A program made the position numbers and the translations under genes. From contig NC_043006.1 of NCBI RefSeq assembly GCF_006345805.1, positions 97,712,001-97,776,000 of the forward strand: a stretch of 64,000 bases of DNA, given 5' to 3'. The notes beneath the pieces were generated by a model. That model made no database searches. It was given only the letters and a program-made list of their open reading frames with translations, and was not told the origin of the DNA. Origin of the DNA: Octopus sinensis. Lineage: Eukaryota. Numbering within the stretch: position 1 is the first letter of the stretch; the number at the start of each line of letters is the position of its first letter. This document shows positions 41,617 through 56,090 of the stretch, one piece after another.

Positions 41617-42804
41617 AATTCAGGTTTTTGTTTTAATTAGCACTGACAGTTATGGACATGTTTCATTTTCATCACACATAATCAGGGAATCACAACCTAA
41701 AATGTGCTTTAACTAGTGAGTAGATGCATGTCATATTAGTATTGTAAACATACTCCATGAATCCACAATGAGATCAAGCATTATTATATATACAAGAGCA
41801 CAATCATTCTAGTGAAAGCTAAGCTTGCGGTTTAAAAGTAACATTGGATCAAAAAATTTCAGTTGATTTTGACATATCCAAAGATTAGAGTAACCAAGAC
41901 GAATATTCTTCTCATAACTGCCTAATGAGAAATCATGGTAGACTAAGATACAAAGATATGGTTACACATATCAGGTGTCAAAAAACAAACAAACAAAATT
42001 GATACTGATTACTGAATCATTGCAGGCGAAGGAAGTAACCTGACTATATGCATCCACTGGCTTATGCTTATTGTCCAATCCCCATAAACTGCATTAATAT
42101 TCCTCGCACTTCCCGTTGCGTTGTTACCTTCATTGAACTCTCAAAGTAAAATATGTCAAATATGTTCCTTTCTCTCTTTCATTATCGCTTTGATAAAAAT
42201 AACTGTTAAAATCGAACTGCACTCTTCAAAATTTGCACTAAGAATAAGGACAAGGTGAAATTACTACCTGCTTTTATAACAAGTTGATGCAGGTAGGATA
42301 TTCCGTCCCGACCCGAATTTTAGTTCATGCAATTGAAAACCTCCATTATTTATTGGATGACCCAACACTGCTGTAGTTCGATGGTTTTAGACATAATATA
42401 TTTCACTATTCTGCAGCCCTTCACTGTAAGATTTGCTTTCCGTTCAGAATTCTGCAAGCCAGAGCTTATTTTACTTTGATTTTAGAAAGCCATCATGATT
42501 TAAGTCCTCAGGAAACAGTCACCTCTTTGGAAAATACCATGAAGTATAAATCATGCACAGTATATATATGAACTCAAATACAGCTCAGAAAATTTATGAA
42601 TTTGTCTAATTGCCATTAGAAAATTTATTAATTGAAAGTTGCTTTTCTATTACATTGTTCATCCTCTCATTTGGTGACTCAGGTAAACTGGTCGAAAACG
42701 TCAATGGCCAAAACATGAAGTTTCAGTCAAATTGATATTTATATAAAGTGTGTATGAGTGTGAGAGATCTTAGAGATCTTTGGCATTGTAATATATCTAT
42801 ATAT

Positions 42805-42927
42805 ATTTCTTTATTGCCCACAAGGGGCTAAACATAAAGGGCACAAACGGATTAAGTCAATTACATAGACTCCCAGTGCGTAACTGGTACTTAATTTATC
42901 GACCCCGAAAGGATAAAAGGCAAAGTC
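42805..42927 (-). mobile_element. SINE family A, 3' half
   Basis: Reverse complement of the core and tail. Confidence 0.88.
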
Positions 42928-44826
42928 ATGTATATATACAAACATATATACACTTACATATACATATTACTTGTTACTGAATTTTATTGCCCGGGCGCAG
43001 TTAAATAATTCTTATTTATATAATGTTTGTGAAGTCGCATATTGTTGTAGTTGTTTTGCCTCAAATCAACTCCGAATGGGGAGACTTTCATCTATTCTCT
43101 CTAATATCATCGTCTCATTTCAGGAGTACGTTTGAGATTACATTATGAATTGCCTTTTACTCAAACTTATTAAAGTAAGCTTTCGTGCAGAGGAGATATT
43201 GTTGTTATTTCTTGGAGTCTGAACGGTTACCGAGATATTTCTCCACCGGAATGTTTATATCGTATGTTGGCAAGTATTCTTTGTGGAGCACAATGTCCAC
43301 CCACCCCCGTTTTATGCAAACGAGTAACTTTCGATCGAGACAGATAATACAAAGGTCCGTCCGATTACTAGAATGAGAAAGATTCTATTCTTGTAGTATA
43401 TGTTTCCAGCTATGTGGAGGCCTAGGTTACCAGGAAGTATCTTCTCTAAGAACATGTTGCAGAGACTAATGCAAAGCAAGACATGAACCACAAGTACAGA
43501 GTTTGTTTGCAGAGAACATTATCATATAACTGTTATTGACTTTCTCTCATTCAGTCGTTACTCATTTCCCCTATCTGTTCTCTGCCGGACTCTATCCCCC
43601 AGTCTCTCTGTCACTCTCTCTCACCCACATGGAAGTATAATATAATATATATATATATATGCATATATAAATATATACACATAGCTATATATGTATGTGA
43701 ATATATACATTTATTGTACATATATGCATGCATGTAGACACACACACACACATATATATATACAGAAATACCCAAGCACACATATATTGATAAATTCGCT
43801 ACTAATGCAGTACCTAAGTTCATACGCATAGCCATACACATACACATATGCGCACATATATGTATATATATATCTGTATTCCTCTGGGCTTTCGTGTAAT
43901 ATCTTTGATTTACACTTTAAAGTATTTGTTTCCCAATGTTTACATTGAACTTCAATATTTTAGATAAACTTCTCAGAAGGAACGTGTAAAATCGATGTGG
44001 AGAACAATGCAAATGATATTACTGCAACTTTCTAAACATTATAGTTATTTTAAGTTTGTTTACTTCTGTGATAAGTTGCTTACGCCTTAGAAATTACTCT
44101 AATAGCGCCAGTCATGAATGCGTACGTACTAAAACACGACTACATACGCAGACACGCGCATGCACACATACATATGCAAACACAGAAAGAAAATATAACT
44201 GAAAAGAAAAAGCAAAAGTGACAAAAAAAAAATAAATGAAATAAACACACACTCAGAAACAAAAATATTAATTTAAAAATAAACATTTAATTTTAAAAAA
44301 AAAGTATGAATTTGTATCACTTTTTGAAATGAAAGCTAAAATTTGTTAAGAATGAAAATTTGACAACATTCTCATGGGAAATGTGATTTTCAAGCAGGTC
44401 GGTAAACAATGTGGATTATTAAAAAGGACTGAGCGAAAATAAAAATCAATTAATCAAAACATCTTTATCACGAACAACTCAAACTGTATAACTTATATAA
44501 ATGTAAAAAAGTGAGAAAACAAAACAAAAGAAAAACATCAATAAAAATGTAAATAAAAACTGAATAAAACAATGCAGATGGATGATATAAAAAATGTTAT
44601 ACTAACATTAAGTTAACCTAATTTTCTGTTTGAACTTTATTTTTATCTTGATGGAAGGATTTCAAATACTCCTATTGTTACTCTATTTGTTGTTCTGTTA
44701 AATTTTTCTTTCTTAATATTTTCACATTATTTAGTTCTTTTTTAACTCTTGTTCACTTTTGAAGTTAATGTTAAGGTTGTTTTTGATTTGGTAATTCTTC
44801 GTTTTATAGACAAACATTCAAACACA

Positions 44827-44871
<45 letters not shown>

Positions 44872-45902
44872 GTGCATATGTATGCATATGTATATACATA
44901 TTTGTGTTTTGTATATATATGTATGAATATGTATATTTACATGTATCTTTGCATATGTATTCACTAGCATATACACACATATATATCTTCGTACATATAC
45001 GTACGGATACATACATGCCATATATATAAATATATATGTTATATGAGAATAGGCACACTTTAGTTACATTTATTGTCGACTGCGTGTATATGCTTAAGTC
45101 ACTCAAAACACAGTGGTGTCGAGATAGTGACTGAAAGAAAATTATGTTTTAAATTTAGTATTCTGAATTAAATTCAATGAATAAACATTAAAAGATGAAG
45201 AATAAAAAATTTGAGGAAAAAGAAAAAAAAAAATATTTATTCAGCAGTAAAAATGTATGACCAGAGTTATTTAATTGAGGTATAATGTTAAATTCAAATT
45301 TTCAAAAGAAGAAACTCTCTAAAGTAAATATTGATTCATTTAAATAGTGGTTCTTAGAATTTCCATAATATAAATATTTGGACGCTAAACTATCACTCTT
45401 GCCATTACTACAACCACTTCATGTGAATATAAAAGAATATATCCTTATATAGTCTAGAGTGAATAAGGATACAATAAAAATGTCTTTAATTTACTGGCTA
45501 ATTCCCCAAATTCCTAAAGGGTACATAATCGTACAGACATATATTTATATAAAAAATACCCATTAAAACACATATGCTAAATATTCGATTTTTAAGTGGA
45601 ACAATGATGATATGCAAATATGCAGATCATTCTGAAATACCATATTTAACTCTGCTTTTGGTGATAAATACATATATGTTTGTATCTATATAGGTATATA
45701 TGTTTGTGTGCCTATGCATGTATGTGTGTGTGCGTGCGTGTATGTGAATGTGTCTATGGATATATAATGAGCTTGAAGGAAGGCACAGTCCTGGAACGTT
45801 GCATCCCAAGTTCTCTAATGGAATTTCAAGTAATAACCAAAAATCAGATGCTTCATGCAAGCGGAAAAGTATTTATTCAACAAGATACATAATATGGTTT
45901 CT

Positions 45903-46138
45903 AGGCGGCAAGCTGGCAGAAACGTTAGCACGCCGGACGAAATGCCTAGCGGTATTTCGTCTGCCGTTACGTTCTGAGTTCAAATTCCGCCGAGGTCGAC
46001 TTTGCCTTTCATCCGTTCGGGGTCGATAAGCTAAGTACCAGTTACGTACTGAGGTCGATGTAATCGACTTAATCCCTTTGTCTGTCCTTGTTTGTCATCT
46101 CTATGTTTAGCCCCTTGTGGGCAGTAAAGAAATAAGAA
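45903..46138 (+). mobile_element. SINE family A with TSD
   Basis: 12-bp TSD ACATAATATGGT at 45887-45898 and 46139-46150. Confidence 0.92.
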
Positions 46139-46544
46139 ACATAATATGGTAGGGGAAAACGAGGAAACAGATAACAAATGTTATGACACGTCGAGGACAT
46201 CGTACAATTCGGGTGGCGAAATCGAGGGAACAGGTTAACAGTGAGTGGAGACGATGCGGTCATCATACAAATCGGCGGGTAAAAAGAGGGAACGGGTTAG
46301 AAATGAGTAGACACGTCGCGGTCATCATACAAGTTTTGAAGTATAAAGAAACTTGTAGGAAATCTTTTGCATGCTGTTTGTTTCTCTCTGTATTACATAG
46401 TTTCTACTGTACTACCGAGTGCATCTCCTTTTCCCTGTGGTTTCTACAGCATCGTGTTCTTATCATTATTGTGTGAGGATCGGAAGAGATTGGTTCTGTA
46501 TATTTACTACATCAGTTTGTTTTTGCTATGTTATTTAATGCCTT

Positions 46545-46800
46545 CATCATCATTGTTCGACCGTGGTCGAGACAATGGATTTACTATGCTACGCCAGACT
46601 TCACGGTCCATCATGACATTACGGAGGTCCTGTTGCTGGATGCCTGTATCCCTGGAGATTACATCAGGGTAGGAGAGTGTGCGCCCTCTGGTATTGCGAG
46701 TAGATGGCTTCCAGAGGAGAAGAGTAGAAATTACCTCGTTTTCAGCTCTACAACAATGTCCAGCATTTGTATTAGTGTTTGTTCTGCTGCGCGTGGTGTA
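46545..46800 (-). mobile_element. RTE-clade LINE 3' end fragment
   Basis: Minus strand reads LLLWKPSTRNTRGRTLSYPDVISRDTGIQQQDLRNVMMDREVWRSIV, a typical RTE C-terminus, followed by a (GAT)n tail. Confidence 0.75.
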
Positions 46801-47096
46801 TGTAACATGGTGTATGTTAGTTTATTAACCTTCTATAGAATATATTTATTAACCTACAGAATATGGTCCTTAGACTTCTATAGGATATGTAGCACGAATA
46901 GGTGCGCAATGTGTAAGGTCTATGTTGTGTGAGAAACGCCTCGGTTACTCTATTGAACCGTGAAATATTGTATTGAATTGAAAATATATTGCACAAGACA
47001 TGGAAGCTGTTCTTAGGAGCACAATGTTTTTGTACTGTGTAATGTAGTTAGCCGTAGTATGGCTCCATGCTTAATATTCCAGCTAGTGTAGTGTCA

Positions 47097-47164
<68 letters not shown>

Positions 47165-47181
47165 TATTATTATTATTATTA
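47097..47181. repeat. (ATT)n microsatellite
   Basis: Read directly. Confidence 0.95.
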
Positions 47182-47184
47182 ATG

Positions 47185-47735
47185 AGTGAGAATGCAGAGC
47201 ATTCCATCAAAGTGACACTAAGATAAAATATATAAAACGCAATATACTCATCATGACTACTCGTCTGATAAAGGTATACCAGTTACATGCATAACAAACA
47301 TATGTGCGTGGCATGGTGATCCCATATCAAGACAAACACCTTGCAGGTGGGGAACAGTTACAATGTATTATAGGTCGAGTAGCCCATCCCGCTCAAAAGG
47401 TCCCTGAATAAGGGTCGTTTTAGGATGTTGAATGAAATATCCCTGTTTACAGAGGTGAATTATTCATAGTGGGCTATGATATTCTCCCACCACTCCTGCT
47501 CGTGATCAGAGATGTACATATCGTTAGCAACCAAGAGGCATACTTCAGTTGGTTAAAGCCAAACAACGGAGAAGCAAATCTGTGGTATTGAGCAGAATAT
47601 TTGTTGAAACCCATCTTTTATACTAAGACAAAACAATGTACATGATGACGCTTCCAAACAGTTAAGATCAGAAGCCATGAGAGCCAGCGCCTGGTACTGC
47701 ATCAGGGCATTTATCATTATTATTATTATAATTAT
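47185..47735 (+). mobile_element. Unclassified interspersed repeat with (ATT)n tail
   Basis: ~530-bp block bounded by ATT runs. It resembles a repeat I recall from Octopus assemblies; no second copy in this window. Confidence 0.4.
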
Positions 47736-48760
47736 TTTACTTCTCATCGCTCTTGGCCTTTCTTTGTTTGATTCTGTGGGAGCGGTCAGTAACCTTTTGT
47801 CAGAGGTTCCACAGGGTCTCTTTCCACAAATTGTAAGCTTTGGTACTTGGATGTAAAATTATCATGGAAGGCACTCAACACCCATGCACCTTTCTTTCCC
47901 CCGTTTTGCCCTAAATTCTGCGTTTTTAGCACATCTCAGATTTTAATCTGTTTCTCGATTACTGTTTCTCCGTTTTCTTTGCTGCTATGATTTTGTAGTC
48001 GCTGTTTTCTATTTATTGGCTTCTTTGTAGACAGAAAGTATTTTTTTTTGCTCATGTTTCATGTTACTTTTCCTTGATTCTTAGCAGAATATTTTTGTAG
48101 GCTCGCAGTAGATATTTTGTAAAAGTATTCATTAGTTGTATAAGGCCTCTCACCATTCTATCCATACATTCGTGAATAATCTTTCTAAAACAAATCTCCA
48201 GTAGATTTATTTAATACGTGAAATAATGTTTTTAGTTCTTTGTCACTTTAAACATATAATCTGAGATATACCTATATGTAAAAGTTGTTTGGTTGTGTTA
48301 CCTTAACATTTGTATTTGTTTCTAGTTTTGCTTAACATTTTTCAAATCCGTATAAGATGAGATCTTTTGTAAATATTTCCCAAAATAAAATATTCACTGG
48401 ATATTTAACATTTTGAGGAATTCTGTGCTGAGTACATTTCTGCTATATCAAATTAAACAGAAGCAGGTAAAGGTAAGATACGTCTGTTCAGTTAAAATGA
48501 CAGTCGTTTTGGCATTGATCCTTCCATGGGTTACTGTAGATAGAGTCCTATCACATAATGAAAGAAATCTTTTTCCAAAGCGTAAAACAAGTGATACGAA
48601 GATGAGCTGAAATGTTCATCGAATGACTATGAAGGAGTGAGGCTAGTACTGTGAAATCGTGCATGCTTTAATTTGAACTCTTCTCCTTATTTCCCGGTAA
48701 ACTAATATTTGACTGTTCAAAAGTAATTTAAAAAGTAACTAGTTGCGACTTCTCTTAAAG

Positions 48761-49338
48761 ATCGCCAAATTTGTGATGATGGCGTCATCAAGTATCTGCG
48801 GAAAAAGTCTTTAGTCCGCAAAAAGATTCATGCTGACATGATTGCTACATTAAGGGAGGACGCTCCAGGTTTATCAACAATGCAAAAGTGGGCATCTAAA
48901 TTTAGGAGGGAAAGAGAGAGCCTTGAATATGACCCAGGGTGTGGACATCTTGGGACTGCCAACACCTAGAAGAAATTTAATCGTGTTCACCATATGGTGA
49001 TGGATGGCAGGCAATTGACTATAAATCAAATAGCCATTGCTTTTAGCGTATTCTGAGAGAGAGTTGAGAATATTTTGCATAATAATCTTGACATGACGAA
49101 GGCTTCTCCGCGGTGGGTTCCACGCCGTCTGACAACTGATCAAAAGTGCACCGGTCTGATCACATCACAGGAGAATCTGACTTTGCTAGAGACACACCTA
49201 GCTGGTTTCCTTGAACGTTTCCTTAGCCAGGATGAGTGATGTCTTCATGACTTTGAGCCAGAAACCAAGACCACCACCCCTTTAGCTACTCCAAAGAAAT
49301 CCAAGGTCATTTCAGCTGCAGGGAAGGTCATGTCCTCA
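48761..49338 (+). mobile_element. mariner transposase relic (N-terminal HTH to first catalytic Asp)
   Basis: GVIKYL..K...KKIHADM.ATL.EDAP.LSTMQKWA.KFRR.RESLE.DP..G...; WVPR motif at ~49114; FLSQDE* (first Asp) at ~49231; PKKSKV...GKVM. In-frame stops and a deletion. Confidence 0.92.
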
Positions 49339-49379
49339 ATATGCATGTATGTATATACATGCATACATACATATATATA

Positions 49380-49447
<68 letters not shown>

Positions 49448-49452
<5 letters not shown>

Positions 49453-49826
49453 CTCCGTCGGTTACTACGATGAGGGCTCAAGTTGATCCGATCAACGGAA
49501 CAGCCTGCTCGTGAAATTAGCGTGCAAGTGGCTGAACACTCCACAAACACGGGTACCCTTAACGTAATTCTCGGGGATATTCAGCGGAACATAGAGTGTG
49601 ACAAGGCTGGCCCTTTGACTTACAGATACAACAGAAACAGGAAGAAATAGTGAGAGAAAGTTGTGGTGGAAGAGTACAGCAGAGTTCGCCACCATCCCCT
49701 GCCGGAGCCTTGTGGAGCTTTAAGTGTTTTCGCTCAATAAACACTCACGACGCCCGGTCTAGGAATCGAAACCGCGATCTTACGACCGCGAATCTGCTGC
49801 CCTAACCACTGGGCCATTGTGCCTTC
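49448..49826 (-). mobile_element. SINE family C, full length
   Basis: Reverse complement of 20159-20540. Confidence 0.92.
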
Positions 49827-50322
49827 ACAATATATATATATGACAAAAAAATATTTTTGCATTATTTTATGGAGAGAAAAGGGTTCATAGGACTGCAAAA
49901 AGAAGTGCTCAAATTAAATTGAGACTGAAATAGAAAAAACATTGATTGGAGAACAAACATCAAATTCGAGTCAATGTCTTTACATAACACCACGCTTCCA
50001 TACATTTAATCATATATAAATATTACCATGGCCTTATAACATGAAAAAATGCATATATAAAAACACAGAAGATAAAAATACATGTGCACATAAAATTGCA
50101 AATATCTAGTACGGCCTATCAAGAAAAGGTATATAAACAATCGACTAAAAAAAGTAATGAAAATGAATTACTAAAACGTGTCAGGCGACTAAAACTTAAA
50201 AAATTATAAATCAATCGATTAATAATTTTTACTCCTCTCAATTAAGAAGATGTCAAAATAGTTCTTTTCATAAAACCCATGGAGGTTGAATTCCAAGGAG
50301 CGTAAGAACATTCCACAAAACA

Positions 50323-50406
50323 CATCTATGGCACTTTCGGGATTTCACTGCCGCGGCCCGATAACGAGTTAAGGTGCATCTCAGCAATGACCCCCTCATC
50401 AGGATG
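50323..50406 (-). ncRNA. Type I hammerhead-like motif with stem III mismatch
   Basis: CAUC-CUGAUGA-GGGGGUCAUUGCUG...CGGCAGUGAAAUCCC-GAAA-GUGCCA-UA-GAUG: core, stem I (4 bp) and stem II (4+9 bp) are intact, but the 15.2/16.2 pair is G/A. Confidence 0.5.
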
Positions 50407-50411
50407 AACAG

Positions 50412-50414
<3 letters not shown>

Positions 50415-50483
<69 letters not shown>

Positions 50484-50643
50484 CAGAAAAATCTGTCGGT
50501 ATCCAGCTGGTTACCGACAAGGATTTTGCTCGTTGAAATTGTAATATATTTATACTATAAAATTGGATTTAATCCTAAATCTGATTTTTCCCTGTAAGTT
50601 TGGATTTATTCCTAATATTTTATAATATATATATATATTATAT

Positions 50644-50693
<50 letters not shown>

Positions 50694-50696
50694 ATA
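50415..50696. repeat. (TA)n blocks
   Basis: 50415-50482 and ~50615-50696. Confidence 0.9.
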
Positions 50697-52185
50697 GTCA
50701 TTTGAAAGATGCCATGTCCTCATTAAGGATTAATGAATCCAACATTTCACTGGTTTAATCTCCGTCACGTAAATACTGTATCTATGTGAGCGTGTGTTGT
50801 ATATAGCCAGGATAATAATGTCACTCGAAATAGTTAACCTGCGTGTGATTGAAAACCAATCTTTTTCGAGGTTCAATAAGATCTGTTTTTTAAATTGTTC
50901 ATCCTGAAACGTTCTCAGTTAAACGGTGGGTCACGCCATAGAATATGTTTCTATATTCGGCACTTTATTCTGTTTACTCTTCTCCTCATTGCTCAATATG
51001 AATGTTTACAAAGGTATTGAAATAGAACTAGTTTACTTCGTCAGTGCAAATATCACCTAAACTCTAGTTTTACTCACCATCTCTTTACAAAAACCAAAAA
51101 AACAAACCAAAACAAAACAAACTTCTAAATGCAATTGTTTATAAACCAGGGTGAAAGAGCCATTAACTAGCATATGTTTGAGAATAAAATGTTCAGTTAT
51201 TTTTTCAAATCATCCGCAAAAAAAAAAAAGGAAATGTCAGTGTAGCTTATGAAATTCTTTTCTCCCGATTATAAATGTTTATAAATTGACACTCATAATT
51301 CGTCCCATCTTACAATTATAGGATATCGGGGACTATAAAATACCTTCTACTTGTAAAATATTCATAAATATATTTTGAAAAAACAAAAAATTTCCACTAT
51401 TCTAATAGCATCTCATGTTTTCATTCTACTTTTCTCTCCATTTTCTTAATAAGTTTTCTGTTATTAGAACGTCAATCATTTACACAATAATTATAGGGAA
51501 AAGTTCAAGTTATAAAATGTAATTTTAATTATAATACCGCTCTATCTTTATTTCATTTAAACTTCAATTCAGTTCGTGTCTCTCAAGTCATTATATTCAT
51601 TTGAATATGAACTTATTTCTTAAAGTTCAAATGAAACCAACTTTCTGTTTATTTAAATTCATTAAACTAATGTTGACTACGGTCGACACTCCACAACTGA
51701 GTTTCAGCCACTTCGAATTTAACTGACTAAGTACCTTCATACACAAGATTTACTTCTCATTTCCCAATGTCTTCCGGAATGCTTAATTGTGTACCAAACA
51801 TAATATTAGACAAAGGTGCAATATCATATTGTAATTAGTTTTCCTACTTTATTTTGGTTCATGTTTATCAATTTTCATAATCTTTCATTATATACTGCTT
51901 CATTCATTATAATGCAATTTCCTTTGAACTGACATTTAGTATTTGTTGCTTGGTATATTTATATTTAATTCCAATATTTCAACATTGATTTTTTTTTACC
52001 ATATTAAATTTTAGTTTCTAAATATGTGCGTTACCAAGCTGACTTCCTTCTCGTAACAACTAATGTTGCTTTGAGGTTTTCAGATTTACTAGGTTTATTT
52101 CCTTGCATATATACCCAGATATATTTTTCTACGCATTCAAAAGATTGGTGTAAATCTATATAAAACGATGATTTTCACGTCGTAT

Positions 52186-52330
52186 TTCTTCTTCTTCTTC
52201 TTCTTCTTCTTCTTCTTCTTCTTCTTCTTCTTCTTCTTCTTCTTCTTCTTCTTCTTCTTCTTCTTCTTCTTCTTCTTCTTCTTCTTCATCAACATCACCA
52301 TCACCATCATCAACACCACCACCACCACCA

Positions 52331-52392
<62 letters not shown>

Positions 52393-52399
52393 TATTATT
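52186..52399. repeat. (TTC)34 followed by (ATC/ACC)n
   Basis: TTC 52186-52287, then ATC/ACC and ATT. Confidence 0.95.
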
Positions 52400-53599
52400 A
52401 GTTAACTATTTAAACATTTACCAATAGCTTGATTGGTTAGTAAGCCAGCCTACCACCTAATTTCGTCAAGCTACTAGCGTTGCTATTCGCAATCTCCTCA
52501 ATTATATATGTATCAGTATACGATTTCATATCAAGAATCTTACCTCAAACAATCCCTAGACTAAGATAGAAACAAAAAAATAGAAAGAAACGCATTTTAT
52601 GATTTATCCGTTTGTGGAATTTCAGTATGTTTAAGATTTTATTAATTCAAAATTTAATTTCAAAATTTCTTTTTAAATCTAGCCACTAGCATTTTTCTCC
52701 CAACTAATATTTTCAAATTTATTCCATTAGATATCTTTATAGTTTCCTCTTGACATCATTCATTAAATCTTTTCCTAAATCAATGACCTTAAATTCAGCA
52801 CATTAAGTTTCACACAGCCTTTAATAAATGGTATTTCTATAGGGATATTGTTCATCCATATAAATGTTTTGTATTTTACAGCAGCTGAATTTTATTCTGA
52901 ATCTTACTTAAATATTCTCAATGAGAATGCATAGCATTTAAATATGATAATACCACTGTTAATATATTCCAGATTGCTTTTAGTAATATGTGGCAATTTA
53001 GACACCAGCATTTTATTGATTTTAAATCTTTCTAAGTATGAAATGGAATTTTCTTACATTACGCAGTTTCACTGTTGGTCATTCTCAAACATAACGGCAC
53101 TATTCTGCCCAGCATATTATATGCTAGGTTGTTATCAATGTAAGACGTCATTATATATAAATGCATTTAAACATAAATTTTCCACTAGAAACATTTAGTA
53201 TTATATTCTCTTAATTGAACCATTACTTGCTCTCGATATTAATGAAATTTTACTTGCTAGTACCATCATAAGATACAGCTATTGTTTGTCTTGATATTAT
53301 AGTCTATAAAATGTTTCATTCCAAACAGATTTTATTCAGCAGTAAAGATTTATTAAAAATTCAATTTAAATGAGATTTAAACGTGTTTTAGAAATGGCAG
53401 AATGTAAAATGATTCAATAAATGACATCTAAAATGTTTTGCCAAATTTATTTAAAGTCTTGAAGTTCTTTACCTTCAAATAAGAACGATAATCGTAATTA
53501 CAATTTTATCTTCAAATATTTGTGTATAAATAAAGGGACATGAGAAATGATGTATCTTTCTATGTGCATATTACTAAATTGGGAATAAAATGCAGACGG

Positions 53600-53905
53600 T
53601 TGACAGGATGGATCCTTCTAACTTTCAGAACAAGAAAACAAGAAACTACGATGGTCCTCTGGAGGATATTTTTCCAAAGCCGTATAGTCACAAACAGTGG
53701 AAGATTAATGACGGAACTCGAAGCAATCCAACGAAGTTACACAAAGAAGATAATCTCAGTGCGACGTGTCAGCTACTGGGGGAAACTGAAAAGTTAACAC
53801 GTAGCTCCCTAGAAAGAAGGCGGGAAAGATACACTATAAGTTACATCTGGAAAATCCAAGAAGGACTTGCCCCAAACTTTGAGATTATCAGTTACACAGA
53901 CGGGA
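53600..53905 (+). mobile_element. CR1-like LINE ORF2 C-terminal fragment
   Basis: WILLTFRTR...MVLWRIF...ELEAIQRSYTKKI...SYWGKLK / SLERRRERY..SYIWKI.EGL.PNF, with one frameshift. Confidence 0.85.
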
Positions 53906-53924
53906 GCTTTTAGATATTATATAT

Positions 53925-54093
53925 ATATACAACGGGCTTCTTTCAGTTTCCGTCTATCAAATCTACTCACAAGGGTTTGATGAGCCCGATGCTATAGTAG
54001 AAAACACTTACCCAAGGCGCAACGCAGTGGGACTGAACCCAGAACTATGTGGTTGCTAAGCAAGCTACTTACCTCACAGCTACTCCTGCGCCT
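53925..54093 (-). mobile_element. SINE family B, 5' half
   Basis: Reverse complement of the head and core. Confidence 0.88.
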
Positions 54094-55774
54094 ATTACCC
54101 ACCCCTGCGCCTATATATATAAACAATATACCAAAAATGATGTAATAGGCTGATAAAGAAGAAAGTCCAAATCCAGCGAGTAAATGAAAGTAAGGTTTAA
54201 AGTGTCATTTTACTACGCTTGTGGGGAGGGTGATCAACATTTTAAAAGGTATTTTTCCGCATACAGGCAGCTACCAAAGTTTTCGTCCTTAGCATTTAGG
54301 CATCTAATGATGGTCAGTAAGCTCTTCAACATGAACCACATTTAGTGTTACAGAATCCTAATGCCAAAATCATAACCTATAGTAACAGACCACATTTTGA
54401 AAATTTGTCCTCCTTCTGAGGAAACCTGCAAAGAGACGTTATAAACCTCTTTTATTTTACTGAATGGATGTGAATTTCCAAATTTATGAACCTATTATTT
54501 TTGGTATATTGCTTATATTTTCATATTTTTTGTTTGATCTTATACATTTTTTTGTATTTTCATATTTTCGTATTTTTTCTTTTGTCTAGAGGGTGTGCAC
54601 TTATGCCATATATATCTATATGAGTATGTATGTATGCGTATGTGGTGGATGTGTCTCTGAATCATAGATGTATATGTATATATGCATATACATGTGTATA
54701 TATGTGTGTATAGGTGTGTAATACACGCATTGGTGTTTGGAAGTTCAAGTGTGTACGTATATGTATTGCATATTTCCTTTTTTCTCACATCTTAAGACTC
54801 TTAAATCTAATGTCATGTTTCATATCGATTTATTTAAAATTTTGTAACTTCAATCTATGAATCTAACTTTTTTACGTTCTATATTTAAGTGTATATATAT
54901 TTTTTATATATAAAAACGTTTTAATTTAATTTTTAATGTTTTTAAGTTGCTGAATATAAAAATAACATTTAAATGCAAAACTTTTATATAATTTTTTAAA
55001 GTTTTTAAATTACTAACTTAAATATTTTGATTTTGATTTTAAATTTGGAATTGTAATATGTTATTACAATCTTAGCATTTATTTTTACCTTTCGATTTTA
55101 TTTTTCGTTTTATTTATAACTTCTTATTTTTAACAAATTTTTGAAATTATGTTTTCATGTACTACTTTAAAATTATAATTTTGATTTCAACTTTGTATAT
55201 CGTTCACCTTTTAATTTAGGAAATTTCATTACCTTGTTAATCATAATTTTACGTTTAACGTTTACTTTTAATGTTAATCAATCATTTAATTCGTTTTCAA
55301 TTTGAAAACGTTTAAATATTTGGGATTTACGGAATTATTTTTATTTTGTTTTAATTTTTAGTTTCTTGAATTTCTCGTCTTTTCATTTTCATTCTTATTT
55401 TTGAGTAATCATATATTTATATATTCAATCATTTATTTACACTTGTGTTTTTAGATATATTTTGAATTTAATCTTATTTTATATATCTACACATTATTTT
55501 AACCAGCTTAAGATAGATTTGTTTTTACCAAGGTCTTGCAATCAAGCCTGAAAAATTTCTTCTTTAAATGGAGCTAACGCAGAAGCGAAATTTTTCCTGC
55601 CCATCTGCGTTTTTGTTTTCGAGCTTCTGTAATCGATGTTGCTATACACACTAGGCTTACAAAAGCTGAAGCCGTGCAATGATCAGCGAATTGTTGACAC
55701 AGAATCCTAATGTATTTAATGTAAGTCTCCATACATGCGTCATTTAATGATTATAGTCATCTATTTCTAACCGT

Positions 55775-56090
55775 GGATGGAGGTGCAATGGCTCAGTGGT
55801 TAGAGTAGCGGACTCGCGGTCTGAGGATCGCGGTCTCGTTCCCAGACCGGGCGTTATGTGTGTTTATTGAGCGAAAACACCTAAAACTCCACGAAGCTCC
55901 GGTAGGAAGTAGTGGCGACCCCGGTTGTACTCTTTGCCCCCAGCTTTCTCTCACTCTTTCTTCCTGTTTCTTGAGTAACGCTGCGATGGACTGGCATCCC
56001 GTCTTGCTGGGGGGGGGGGACATACACCACAGAAACCGGACACCGGGCCCATGAGCCTGGCTAGGCTTGAAAAGGGCGCACAATAAAAAT
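55775..56090 (+). mobile_element. SINE family C head with a different tail
   Basis: Matches 20159-20350 up to TTCCTGTTTCT, then GCTGCGATGGACTGGCATCCCGTC...GAAACCGG...GGCTTGAAAAGGGCGCA. Confidence 0.85.

Noticed and set aside
43124-43174. 51-nt AG...GTAAGC exon candidate
   Set aside because: Stops in all three frames.
46528-46932. 134-aa plus-strand ORF
   Set aside because: Antisense to an RTE 3' fragment.
54790-55500. Very AT/T-rich block (similar blocks at ~44200-44760)
   Set aside because: Low complexity without discernible periodicity or motif; no function can be supported.
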